DNA from: an uncultured Gammaproteobacteria bacterium
GTDB lineage: Bacteria > Patescibacteriota > Microgenomatia > UBA8517
Length of the DNA: 64,000 nt
Assembly (NCBI GenBank): GCA_965231135.1
Contig: OZ246419.1
Location: 641,488 to 705,487, forward strand
Direction: 5' to 3'
Numbering within the stretch: the first letter of the stretch is position 1; every line of letters starts with the position of its first letter. The notes below the pieces were generated by a model. That model was not told the DNA's origin and ran no database searches. It worked only from the letters and a program-made list of their open reading frames with translations. Shown in pieces: positions 28,748-38,373 of this stretch. The position numbers and the translations under genes were made by a program.

Positions 28748-29944
28748 TTACTGATTTGAAGTATCAGCTGCAAGAGTTGCTGTGAGATTTAAGGTCTGGC
28801 CGTTTCTCCAAACTTCCATAGACAAACTATCCCCTACTTTTTTACCATTTATTATTTGTGCAAGTTTGCTTGTTTGTGTGCTATCAGATGAACTATTACT
28901 TGATGAATTATCATTTAAAGTCTGTCCGTCTGCTTTTGTAATAATATCTCCTGTCTGAACTCCGGCTTTATCAGCTGCACTTCCTGTGACAACATCGGTT
29001 ACATAAGCTCCTTGAGGAACATCGTTTAGAATTGCTGCTTGCTGGCTGATCATTTGATATTGGACTCCTAAAAATGCTTTTCCAGGAAAACCGCCGTTTT
29101 TGGTGAAGGTATTTAGAGCATCTTTGACAACATTAATTGGAATTGCAAAGCCAATATTTTGAGCACCTTGGGCTACTGCAACATTAATACCAATTACCTG
29201 ATTTGAAGAATTAATTAATGGACCGCCCGAATTTCCAGGGTTAATTGCTGCATCTGTTTGAATAATATTATCAAGCTCTTCAACATAACCCTGATAAGGA
29301 TCGCCAGCCTGAATTCCCCGGCCAAGCCCTGAGACAACGCCTGTTGTGACAGAATGCCTAAATTGCCCAAGAGCTGTCCCTATTGCGATAACTGATTGGC
29401 CAACTTTAAGATTTGTTGAATCGCCTAAAGTAATTGGAGTCAATCCGTTTGCATTAATTTTTAAGACTGCAATATCGTTATTTGGATCGCGGGAAATTGT
29501 TTGGACTGGATATTCTTTATTATCTTCTGTAATGACTTTGTAAGTCATCGTAGTATCACTTACAACATGTTTATTAGTCACAATTAAACCATTTGCCGAA
29601 ACTATGAAACCGCTTCCAATATCTTGAGACTGGCTTCCGCCAGGAGTTTGGCTAAATCCTCCTCCGAATGGATCAAATTGAATTGAAGGCTGACTTGTTG
29701 CGGTTCCTGAAACTGTAACGACGGAAGGAGAAGATTTGGCAACAACATTTTCAACATCCTGCTCTTCGCTTGTGACAACTGTCGGCCCAACGGTACTTCC
29801 ATTGCCAATCGACGATGGAAAAAGCGAATCCAGAGGTTTAAAACCAAAAACGCGGTCAGCAACTGCACCGCCGCCAATTGCAACCAAAACTACAATTATC
29901 AAAGCGCCGATTATTAATACTTTACGAAGATCTAATTTCCTCAT
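28748..29944 (-). CDS. htrA: HtrA/DegP-family serine protease with PDZ
   Basis: GSGF, TNKHVV, DIAVLKI, TDAAINPGNSGGPL, C-terminal PDZ. Confidence 0.93.
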   Translation of the reverse strand: MRKLDLRKVLIIGALIIVVLVAIGGGAVADRVFGFKPLDSLFPSSIGNGSTVGPTVVTSEEQDVENVVAKSSPSVVTVSGTATSQPSIQFDPFGGGFSQTPGGSQSQDIGSGFIVSANGLIVTNKHVVSDTTMTYKVITEDNKEYPVQTISRDPNNDIAVLKINANGLTPITLGDSTNLKVGQSVIAIGTALGQFRHSVTTGVVSGLGRGIQAGDPYQGYVEELDNIIQTDAAINPGNSGGPLINSSNQVIGINVAVAQGAQNIGFAIPINVVKDALNTFTKNGGFPGKAFLGVQYQMISQQAAILNDVPQGAYVTDVVTGSAADKAGVQTGDIITKADGQTLNDNSSSNSSSDSTQTSKLAQIINGKKVGDSLSMEVWRNGQTLNLTATLAADTSNQ

Positions 29945-29974
29945 ACTTAAAATATATTATCAAATCCTGAAAGG

Positions 29975-31198
29975 TTACTGAAATAATTTAACTGCAGCAT
30001 TCAACTGATCATCGCTTGTGCTTGTTGCACTTTGTGTAACTTTTACATCTGGAGTAAGACCAACTCCGTGGACCCAGGTACCGTTTGGAGTAAGCCATTT
30101 GGCAACTGTGATATGAATTCCTGCTCCTCCGTCAAGATCAAGAGGCTCCTGCACAGTTCCTTTACCAAAAGATTTTTCTCCAACCAATTGAATTTTTCTG
30201 TCATCGCGAAGCGCTCCTGATAAAATTTCTGAAGCACTTGCACTTCCGCCATTTATCAAGACAACTGTTTTGGTATTTACAAAAGCTCCTTCACGATTTG
30301 TTAGTAATGGTTCTTTATTTCCGTTTCCATCCTGCTGAATAACAACTGTCGATCCTTCCGGCAAAAATTCTCCTGCAATATCAACAGCATCTTGAAGATA
30401 TCCTCCTGGATTATTTCGTAAATCTAAAATTACACCCTTTATGTTTTGATGGGTCTGAATGTCTGCAACTTCCTTTTGCCATTCTGTATAAGTATCTGCG
30501 CCAAACTTTAAAATAGAAATGTGAGCAATGTCTTTATTGTCGCCAACATATTCAAGAGTGACAGATGGGACATTAATATTTTCTCTGATTATATCAACTG
30601 TGATTGGCTGACTTGTTCCGTCTCGAACTAAAGTTAAAGTAACTTTTGTCCCAGTATTTCCTCGTATATCTTCAACCGCCTGCCCCAAAGTAATATTTTG
30701 TGTATTTGTGATATTCACATTTTTTGCGGCATCTTTAATACCAACAATTAAATCTCCCGGCTTTACGCCAGCTTTTTCTGCAGGGCTTCCAGGAAGCGGC
30801 GCTTCAACTGCGAGGTTTTGTCCTTTATAACCTAATTCAATTCCTACACCGCTAAAGTTTCCCTGAAGATCCTGATTTGTGACCTGATTTTCAGAAGGCG
30901 GCAAGAACATTGTATAAGGATCACCCAAACTATTTACCATTCCTTGAATCGCGCCGTAAACCATTTGAGAAGGAATTATTTTTGATTTGTCGTAGTAAGT
31001 GCTATTAATATCGTCCCAAACTTTCCAGAAAAGAGAAAAATCCACATTTGGCTCTGGAGTAACGCGGCTAATGGTTACATTTCCGCCTTTTACATAATTT
31101 ACTTCAAAACCTTTTGCACCAATACCATAGCCTAAGGCAAGGCAAAAAATCATAAGGACTGCAACGACAATTAAATTTTTAAAATTTGTAGACTTCAT
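29975..31198 (-). CDS. ctpA: S41 C-terminal processing protease
   Basis: DPYT, GVGIE, DLRNNPGG, SASASEI, SFGKG. Confidence 0.93.
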   Translation of the reverse strand: MKSTNFKNLIVVAVLMIFCLALGYGIGAKGFEVNYVKGGNVTISRVTPEPNVDFSLFWKVWDDINSTYYDKSKIIPSQMVYGAIQGMVNSLGDPYTMFLPPSENQVTNQDLQGNFSGVGIELGYKGQNLAVEAPLPGSPAEKAGVKPGDLIVGIKDAAKNVNITNTQNITLGQAVEDIRGNTGTKVTLTLVRDGTSQPITVDIIRENINVPSVTLEYVGDNKDIAHISILKFGADTYTEWQKEVADIQTHQNIKGVILDLRNNPGGYLQDAVDIAGEFLPEGSTVVIQQDGNGNKEPLLTNREGAFVNTKTVVLINGGSASASEILSGALRDDRKIQLVGEKSFGKGTVQEPLDLDGGAGIHITVAKWLTPNGTWVHGVGLTPDVKVTQSATSTSDDQLNAAVKLFQ

Positions 31199-31223
31199 GA
31201 TAAATCGACAATACTAAAGTATA

Positions 31224-31466
31224 TTACACAGAAGCCTTGAAAGGAAGAAGAGCTAAATGCCTTGCGCGCTTAACTGCCTGAGCAACCTGTTTTTGATGCT
31301 TGCTACAAGTTCCTGTGTATTCTCGGCTTGCAATCTTTCCACGCTCGGTTACAAATCTTTTAAGCTCGTCGGTTTCCAAATAATTAGGTGTTTTTTTGTT
31401 TTCGCAAAAGTAACACTTTAAATTTGTTGGAACTTTTCTTCTTGGTTTAGATTTTTGTTTTGGCAT
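31224..31466 (-). CDS. rpsR: 30S ribosomal protein S18
   Basis: CYFC, ERGKI, TGTCSKHQ, AVKRARHLALLPF. Confidence 0.97.
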   Translation of the reverse strand: MPKQKSKPRRKVPTNLKCYFCENKKTPNYLETDELKRFVTERGKIASREYTGTCSKHQKQVAQAVKRARHLALLPFKASV

Positions 31467-31471
31467 ATTTT

Positions 31472-31951
31472 TTAAAATGGTATATCGTCTTCATTTACTT
31501 CTGGCTCTTCTTCAACTTTTGGTTCTTCCTTTTTAACTTCCTTTTTTGGTTCTGCTTTTTCTTGTGGCTCCTGATTAAAATCATCTGGAATATTCACATC
31601 AGAAGTTGTATTTGAACTTTTATTATCAAGGACAATCATATCAGAAATAACAATTTCTGTTGTTTGTTTTTGTGCTCCGTCCTGAGCCTGCCAAGAACGA
31701 GTTTGCAATCTTCCTTCAACATAACATCTTGTCCCCTTTTTAAGCATCTTGCCGCAGATTTCTGCTAATTTATCCCAGGCGACAACTCGATGAAATTCTG
31801 CCTGATCTTTCATTTCCCCACTCTCAGTTTTCCACTGACGATTGGTTGCAATAGAAAAAGTAACTACTGCAGTTCCCTGCGGTGTGTATCTTAATTCTGG
31901 ATCTCGAGTTAAATTTCCGATAAGTAAAACTTTATTTAAACTTCTTGCCAT
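31472..31951 (-). CDS. ssb: Single-stranded DNA-binding protein
   Basis: LNKVLLIGNLTRDPELRYT; C-terminal DDIPF. Confidence 0.98.
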   Translation of the reverse strand: MARSLNKVLLIGNLTRDPELRYTPQGTAVVTFSIATNRQWKTESGEMKDQAEFHRVVAWDKLAEICGKMLKKGTRCYVEGRLQTRSWQAQDGAQKQTTEIVISDMIVLDNKSSNTTSDVNIPDDFNQEPQEKAEPKKEVKKEEPKVEEEPEVNEDDIPF

Positions 31952-31953
31952 AT

Positions 31954-32241
31954 TTATTTTTCTGTATTAATTAAAAGATATCTGATAACTTCAGTGTCGA
32001 CTCTCATTTTACTGTTTATTTCTTTTGCGCTTTCTGATTCAAGTTCCAAAGGAAACATTAAATATGCTCCAGTTTCGCTTTTACCAATTTTGTATGCAAG
32101 ATCTTTTGTTCCAAGATCTTTGACTTTATCTGTCTTTCCCTTAGCTTCTTTAATTAATTTCTCTATTCTTTCTTGGACTGATTTTTTCTTTGCAGCTGTT
32201 GCTTTGCCATCCAAGACAATAGTTAATTCATATTTACGCAT
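31954..32241 (-). CDS. rpsF: 30S ribosomal protein S6
   Basis: MRKYEL, GTKDLAYKI, VIRYL; rpsF-ssb-rpsR order. Confidence 0.96.
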   Translation of the reverse strand: MRKYELTIVLDGKATAAKKKSVQERIEKLIKEAKGKTDKVKDLGTKDLAYKIGKSETGAYLMFPLELESESAKEINSKMRVDTEVIRYLLINTEK

Positions 32242-32264
32242 GGATGTAGTATATCAAATGTGTA

Positions 32265-32552
32265 TTGAAATTTCTAGACCGTAAGACTACCATTGGTTTT
32301 GTGGGATTGGAATGTAAAGAGCACTGCTTTTTTGGAAACCGCTGCGGGAAAAACCTTGAACGCGGTACCCAGATTTGTGTGGAAAATATTAATAAAGGGG
32401 TAGAAGATATTAAAAAGCAGGCTAAAACTGGAAAAGTAATCGTTATTCCGGGAATTGCAGATCAAAGAGTACTTGTAGTCGCTGAAGAAACACGTCATGA
32501 AATAATTGGGCAAATTGTTGGCGGCGAGGAAATTATTATGCGCCAATCTTAA
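32265..32552 (+). CDS. Hypothetical Cys-containing orphan (start uncertain)
   Basis: Fills gap between rpsF and ychF; CxxxCxxxxxC...C. Confidence 0.45.
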   Translation: MKFLDRKTTIGFVGLECKEHCFFGNRCGKNLERGTQICVENINKGVEDIKKQAKTGKVIVIPGIADQRVLVVAEETRHEIIGQIVGGEEIIMRQS

Positions 32553-33531
32553 ATTCCACAACATCTCCATCTTGCATAATATAATCTCTTCCTTCGCTTC
32601 TGACTTTTCCGTTTTCTCTTGAATTTTTCCATCCTCCAAGCTCGACAAAATCCTTAAAATCACAAACGTCTGCTTTGATAAACTTTTTGATGAAGTCTGT
32701 GTGGATTGCTCCAGCCGCGTTTTGAGCATCAATTCCCTTATTAATAGTCCAGGCGTGGACTTCCTTTTCTCCAGCTGTCAAAAATGTAATCAAACCCAGA
32801 GTCTCAAAAGCTTTTTTGGCAAGCCTTTCTAGTCCTGATTCTTTTACTCCCAAATCTTCTAAATAATTTTTCTGGTCAGATTCACTTAAGTCTGAAAGTT
32901 CTGATTCAATTTTAGCTGAAATTACAACAATTTGTTCTACTTTTAACCCTAATTCTTCTGCATATTTTACTTCCAATCCTTGAGCTTCATGAAGAGCATT
33001 TTCGTCGACATTAATTACAACTAAAAATGGTTTTTTATTAAATAAGGGCAAATTTTCAACGTCCTGATTTTTTTTCTTAGAATGATTTTCTACAGTTTCA
33101 AGATCAGCCAAGTCTAATTCTGTTTTTAAAATTTCAAAGTCGTCTTTTGGATTGGTACTTCCCTCTCGAATAATATCGTTATCAGTAAAAGCACGAAGGC
33201 AAAAACAAATTGCATCGACTTCGCGAATGTTTGCCAAAAATTTATTTCCTAACCCTGCTCCAGTACTTGCGCCTTTAACAATTCCTGCAATGTCTACAAA
33301 CTCAACTGTAGCGTTCACTATTGGAGGGGTTGCTCCTTTTGTTTCTAAAGCTGTAACTTCTGCAAGCTTAGTTAATCTTTCGTCAGGCACGGGTACGACC
33401 CCTATGTTTGGTTCGATCGTCGCAAAAGGAAAGTTTGCAGCATAAGCAACCTGCCTTTTCATCAATGCGTTAAAGAGTGTAGACTTCCCTACATTTGGCA
33501 GACCAACTATTCCTACCTTTAAGGATGACAT
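32536..33531 (-). CDS. ychF: Ribosome-binding ATPase YchF (short form)
   Basis: GLPNVGKSTLFN, FATIEPN, DIAG, NVDE (G4), TGS domain. Confidence 0.95.
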   Translation of the reverse strand: MSSLKVGIVGLPNVGKSTLFNALMKRQVAYAANFPFATIEPNIGVVPVPDERLTKLAEVTALETKGATPPIVNATVEFVDIAGIVKGASTGAGLGNKFLANIREVDAICFCLRAFTDNDIIREGSTNPKDDFEILKTELDLADLETVENHSKKKNQDVENLPLFNKKPFLVVINVDENALHEAQGLEVKYAEELGLKVEQIVVISAKIESELSDLSESDQKNYLEDLGVKESGLERLAKKAFETLGLITFLTAGEKEVHAWTINKGIDAQNAAGAIHTDFIKKFIKADVCDFKDFVELGGWKNSRENGKVRSEGRDYIMQDGDVVEFKIGA

Positions 33532-33555
33532 TGCTGTATTTTAACAGATTTAAAT

Positions 33556-34740
33556 TTACTGAGAAGTTGGGATACGACTTGCAAAATCTTCTATCGTACT
33601 TGCAGGTATTATTACACCAAGATTTTGAAAGTTACCTGACACAACTGCTGACGGTATTCCAATCCAACATCCATCTTGACTTGTTGCAAAACCCCCTGAG
33701 TTTCCACTATCAACCTTTGCGGAAGTAAGTATATAACCGTCATTCGAGAAGCTACTTATAATACCCTCTGTTATTGTAAGATTATATCCTCCGCTCGTGA
33801 CCGGGTAACCGTAAATCCTAATTGAATCACCTAGATGTGGCGTATAAGTTTTACATGTGTCTGGACTTTTATATGTTGCAAAATTTAGAGGATCCATTCC
33901 CCATGTCTTTCCAGATGAGTCTGTATAAGGTTTATTTATCTGAACTGTTGCAATATCGTACAACTTACTTAAACCCGGAACACTTTGAGGGGTACCTACA
34001 TAAATTTCTTTTGGGGAGCCTGTTGTACTATCTGGTAAAGTAACTATACATGATGTTGCTTGATCTATAACGTGATTATTGGTCAATACCAACCCATCAC
34101 TTGTTAGTATAGTTCCCGAACCAGCACTTTGATTATTACAAAGTATATCTACTACAACATACGAAACATTGCTTTCAAGTGTTGGTGTTGGACTCGGAGA
34201 ATTTATGGTTACAGCATTATTTGGAATACTGGTTGTTGGTGTAGTTGTAGAATTTGATGAATCACCAAATCCAAAAATAAATAATCCCAAGAAACCTGAT
34301 AAAACAATCCAGTTCCAAGCACCAAATTTTGACCTGACCAATTGATTACCTAATTTTTTCTTCCAATAGAAATTAATGGATCTTTGAGCTTGTATGAGAC
34401 TGAGCGAGCTGAGGGGCCAAACTCTACAAAGGAAGAAATATATTAGAGCCCAAGCTCCTGCTTCAAGTCCTTTATTTCCATCAATTTCTTTAGATGCATT
34501 CGAAATCGTTTTGAATAGTGAGTATGAAAATATGGGAGAGAATATTGATCGCCAAAACGGAGAAATTTTGAGGTTTTTATCTGATTTAAAAGATTTCCAT
34601 TGCTTATAAAACCAATATATATCATATATACCAAAGGTACAGATGGACATGATTACAAGCTTTTTGATCGATATAACGTAAGGGTAAGGGCGAGTGTTTA
34701 AATCTATTGAGTGCACATGTTGAGTATGTAGCTCTTCCAT
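33556..34740 (-). CDS. DUF4234-like membrane domain fused to trypsin-like serine protease
   Basis: SICTFGIYDIYWFYKQW N-domain; GSG, TNNHVI, YDIA, GYP, DSGNSGG. Confidence 0.8.
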   Translation of the reverse strand: MEELHTQHVHSIDLNTRPYPYVISIKKLVIMSICTFGIYDIYWFYKQWKSFKSDKNLKISPFWRSIFSPIFSYSLFKTISNASKEIDGNKGLEAGAWALIYFFLCRVWPLSSLSLIQAQRSINFYWKKKLGNQLVRSKFGAWNWIVLSGFLGLFIFGFGDSSNSTTTPTTSIPNNAVTINSPSPTPTLESNVSYVVVDILCNNQSAGSGTILTSDGLVLTNNHVIDQATSCIVTLPDSTTGSPKEIYVGTPQSVPGLSKLYDIATVQINKPYTDSSGKTWGMDPLNFATYKSPDTCKTYTPHLGDSIRIYGYPVTSGGYNLTITEGIISSFSNDGYILTSAKVDSGNSGGFATSQDGCWIGIPSAVVSGNFQNLGVIIPASTIEDFASRIPTSQ

Positions 34741-34780
34741 TTATAATTAATATATATCTTCCCAATAGTTTGAGCAAATA

Positions 34781-34903
34781 CTAAATTTGAGTCAAGCTGT
34801 AATAAGTAATTACAGTACCAAGAACTTCAACATACCATTTCTTTAATTCTTCTGGATTTTTGGAGCGAAATAAAAAACCGCCAATGCCATCGACGTAAGA
34901 CGT
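34781..34903 (-). pseudogene. Remnant of VOC/glyoxalase gene (5' end only, ACG in place of ATG)
   Basis: Translates (T)SYVDGIGGFLFRSKNPEELKKWYVEVLG...stop; TGcTAAAAT 5 nt upstream. Confidence 0.7.
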
Positions 34904-34948
34904 GAGTTATTTTAGCACTTTCGGATGGTTTTAATTTAAATGATATAA

Positions 34949-36066
34949 TTGCTCATGGGGATGAAATTAAGATTCTTGGTTGTTTTTGCCTCGTTTGTGG
35001 TCTTTTCTCTACTTCTTTTTTTCGTTGTGTCTCTTGCAACCGGTCAAAACTCTTCTAGCTCTACATTAATTGCAATCAGCCCTTATTTAAATAATTTGAT
35101 GGATAGTTTTGTTTCCGTGATGCTCGTATCGTTTGTTATCGGGTTTATTTTTGTGATTTTGGGTAAACGGGACATAATTAGTAAGACATTTTATTATTTA
35201 GGATTAATTTTTCCTGCGGTATTATTTATTTTATTATTTTTATTTCATCGTTTTTGTCTTCAGGAAATATTGATCCTAAACTAGTGGTTGATTTTGGTAT
35301 ACTGCTACTGATTTCTGTACCTTTTATCTTACTTTTAAGAACTTTTGTAGCTCAAACTAAGAGAACTTTTCTTTATCGAATGATTATTGTATTTTTTTAT
35401 TTGGCTGTTGCGATCTGTATTTCACTTTTTATTTTTGTGAAAATTGGTCCACCGTGGATTGGTAGATATATCCAAGAAGATGATGCAAAAACTAGCGAGA
35501 TAGAAAGTTTGGAAGATAGTATCCAGGGATATTATTATAAATTTAAAAAACTTCCATATGATTTAACTGCGCTATCTGACGCGAATTACTTTAATAATTT
35601 GGAAGGTTATCAATATAGTATTACAGGCGTTAATACATACAAAATATGTGCTACTTTTAAAACAAATATTACAGAAGGTATAACCTCAAGCGTTCTTGTG
35701 CACAAAGTAGGTTTTGATTGCTTTAATTTAGTTGCACAAAAGTTTACTACTCAATCCCCAGAAAGTTTGATACCAAACGAGCTGCTTACATGCAAAACTT
35801 TAAATACAGAGATGGTTATTGATCCTAAGGGTTTTGGATATATTGGCTGCGATATGGAAGTCACAGGTGGTGTTATTAATCTTTCTAAAAGCTATTGCGA
35901 AAGCCAAATAACACACCAAAAAGAATATTTAGTTCCGGATACATATGGAAGACGCAACAGATATTGGGCAACGCTTACAGGTTTAGATCCGAAAGAAATT
36001 GTAAAAGTTTATGGAGTTGATTATTCAGGAAACAAAGTTGAGTGTCTGCCCGATTTGAATTTGTAA
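34949..36066 (+). pseudogene. Frameshifted membrane protein with pilin/GspG-like domain (ORFs 34949..35284 and 35254..36066)
   Basis: Overlapping ORFs join into a continuous TM helix if 1 nt is added in the T-rich run near 35231-35245; YYYKFKKLPYDL...YKICATF segment. Confidence 0.6.
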
Positions 36067-36073
36067 TAATACT

Positions 36074-36556
36074 CTAATTTCTTAATATCACAAAATAATC
36101 AACTTTTTCTCCATTTAAGTACCTGATAACTTTGTCTACATTTTTTTCTAACACTTCTTCGCTTTTTATATTATTTAAATATCTATTAATTTCTTTTTGC
36201 CTTGAAGGAATTAATTTTTCAAATTCTTCTTTTGCTTTTTTATTTTTATCAAAAGCTAATTTTAATTTGGGATTTATGGGAACAGTTCTTGCCACATTAT
36301 CAAACTCAATTGAGAAATCGGCAGTGTCCCCTACTTTTACTCCTGTTGCCTTTATTATCGGAGTATTTATGTACAGTCTCCAGGCATTTTGATATCTAAC
36401 AAGGGTTTGAATAAATTTATGGCTGTTTATTTTGCCTTTGATTTGAATTGGGCCTTTTGATTTGCCTGAATCTTTAAAGATTTCTTCTAAAGCTTTTTGC
36501 GGCGGGATTACATATAGATTTACACTAATGATTTCTATTTTTGCTTGAAATTTCAT
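36074..36556 (-). CDS. DUF1905 + YdeI/OmpD-associated domain protein
   Basis: GPIQIKGKIN, WRLYIN, VGD, FEKLIPSRQKEINRYL. Confidence 0.8.
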   Translation of the reverse strand: MKFQAKIEIISVNLYVIPPQKALEEIFKDSGKSKGPIQIKGKINSHKFIQTLVRYQNAWRLYINTPIIKATGVKVGDTADFSIEFDNVARTVPINPKLKLAFDKNKKAKEEFEKLIPSRQKEINRYLNNIKSEEVLEKNVDKVIRYLNGEKVDYFVILRN

Positions 36557-36699
36557 TTATTTTTCTTTGAAGAATCCAGGGCAAGACCGATTGCAATTCC
36601 TATAGTAATCCCTGCGCCGATATTTTTTAAAGCTGCGCCGAGGGCTAAACCAATAGCAAGGCCGAGAGCAATATATGTTAATCTGCCATTTTTCTTCAT
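36553..36699 (-). CDS. 48-aa glycine-zipper membrane peptide (absent from ORF track)
   Basis: MKKNGRLTYIALGLAIGLALGAALKNIGAGITIGIAIGLALDSSKKNK; ATGA overlap with next gene; TGcTAAAAT 5 nt upstream. Confidence 0.7.
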   Translation of the reverse strand: MKKNGRLTYIALGLAIGLALGAALKNIGAGITIGIAIGLALDSSKKNK

Positions 36700-36750
36700 G
36701 AACCATTTTAGCACTTGTTGAGATTAGTTTCTGGCTTTATATTACTTAAT

Positions 36751-37098
36751 ATGGAATTTGAAAACATTATTAAAGCATTAAAATTTGTTCAGACGCGAGC
36801 CATGCAAGAAGAAAGATTTTCTGGTATTCCTCGAGCTAATAAAAATCCAGGAATGACAAGCAAATTTTTAGCTAAGGGCCTACTAGCTTTAAGACAGGAA
36901 TTTCCAAGACCTACAATTTCTGAACTAGTACCCATAGAATACTTAGATGACGAGCGAGGATTTGCAAGATTTTTAGAAGGCAAATTATCAGAACTTGCAG
37001 ACAAAGGTAATATCAATTGTGAGGCAAAAAACGAAAAATCAGGAGATACTACAAGACATATAATTTATTATTCTCCAATTCTCCAACAAGAAGAATAA
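36751..37098 (+). CDS. Hypothetical orphan protein
   Basis: Likely start MEFEN. Confidence 0.55.
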   Translation: MEFENIIKALKFVQTRAMQEERFSGIPRANKNPGMTSKFLAKGLLALRQEFPRPTISELVPIEYLDDERGFARFLEGKLSELADKGNINCEAKNEKSGDTTRHIIYYSPILQQEE

Positions 37099-37100
37099 TT

Positions 37101-37184
37101 ATGTCTGAGTCGGCCTACCGCTTTAGTTCTGAGCCAAGAATTTTATCTAAAGAAGAAATATTAGGAATTTCTGACTTGCACTAG
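37101..37184 (+). pseudogene. Possible decayed orphan ORF (MSESAYRF..., early TAG)
   Basis: 27 codons, then TAG, then ~20 more sense codons in frame. Confidence 0.25.
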
Positions 37185-37269
37185 AAAAATTTGCCATATT
37201 ACATAAAGGTAATTTGGAATAGTTATTTTGATTTGCTAAATATTTGACTTTGCGGATTAAAATATATGT

Positions 37270-37815
37270 ATGAAGGGTTTTAAAATTGTTTTAGTATTAA
37301 TTATTTTGTTGATTATTACTGGCGGATTTTTATTTTGGCGAGAACAAAATAATTCAATTACTGCGCCAACTGTTTTTCCATCTGCCAGCACTGTACCGAC
37401 AACTAGCGCAGTTCCAGATTGTACAACTAGCGAATTAAAAGTTGATATTCAAACTGAAGGAGCTGCAGGAAGCATTTATTCAAATATAAAAGCGACAAAT
37501 ACATCAGCGATCGCCTGCAATGTAATTTTGGGAAATTCTATTTCAGCAAAATATAGCGCAAGTAATATTTCTGTAAATTATGAAAATCAAAGCCCAGTGC
37601 AGCAAAATTTTATATTGCAGCCAAATACAAGCGCTTATTCGCAGGTCCGTGTTCCTAATGGCCCACAATGCCAAAGTACCATTTCCCAGCAAAAAGTTGA
37701 TTTTATTTATAATAATCAAACCGTTGGAAGTATAACAATTCAAGCTTGTTCTGCGGCTAATGAAAATACTGCAATAGAAATCTGGCCTCTTTCTTCGTCC
37801 CCTATTACACAGTAA
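37270..37815 (+). CDS. DUF4232-like exported protein
   Basis: TM, CTTSEL, EGAAGSIY, TNTSAIAC. Confidence 0.75.
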   Translation: MKGFKIVLVLIILLIITGGFLFWREQNNSITAPTVFPSASTVPTTSAVPDCTTSELKVDIQTEGAAGSIYSNIKATNTSAIACNVILGNSISAKYSASNISVNYENQSPVQQNFILQPNTSAYSQVRVPNGPQCQSTISQQKVDFIYNNQTVGSITIQACSAANENTAIEIWPLSSSPITQ

Positions 37816-37830
37816 GTGTTATAATAAATT

Positions 37831-38088
37831 ATGTTGAATTATCCTTACTATAATTATTCCCCATTTACGGGATTTTTTACTCCATTTATTTGGATAATTT
37901 TAATTTTTGCTTTTGTTTTTATTATCGTTCGCATATTTCATCCAAATCGACATATCGAACGAATGGAAAGAATAAAAGCAAGACATGGATTTACAAGCGA
38001 CACTGCGCTTGAAATTTTAAAGAAGCGCTACGCAAAAGGAGAGATTACAAAAAAAGAATTTGATGAAATGCGGAAACATATTTCATAG
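37831..38088 (+). CDS. SHOCT-domain membrane protein
   Basis: ALEILKKRYAKGEITKKEFDEMRK. Confidence 0.88.
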   Translation: MLNYPYYNYSPFTGFFTPFIWIILIFAFVFIIVRIFHPNRHIERMERIKARHGFTSDTALEILKKRYAKGEITKKEFDEMRKHIS

Positions 38089-38373
38089 ATGGCAAAACAG
38101 ATTCTTTTTTTCTTTATAGTACTTTTTATTTTTACAGTAGGTTTAATTTTTTTCCACAATTCTCGTTATGAAACAAATGAATTTGATACGATCTGCCATT
38201 CACAATATACGGAAAAAGTCTGGATTGATGCATGTTTACTTCCCTACCAAAGCGAAATAAGAACTTTCGAATTATCAAGAAATATTGAAATTGCAGGAAT
38301 AGTTTTAACGGGAGCTTTTCTTGGCACAAAGTATTTGTGGAGCGGGCGAATAAATCCAATTAAATTAGAATGA
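38089..38373 (+). CDS. Small 2-TM hypothetical protein
   Basis: Two hydrophobic segments, in operon. Confidence 0.55.
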   Translation: MAKQILFFFIVLFIFTVGLIFFHNSRYETNEFDTICHSQYTEKVWIDACLLPYQSEIRTFELSRNIEIAGIVLTGAFLGTKYLWSGRINPIKLE

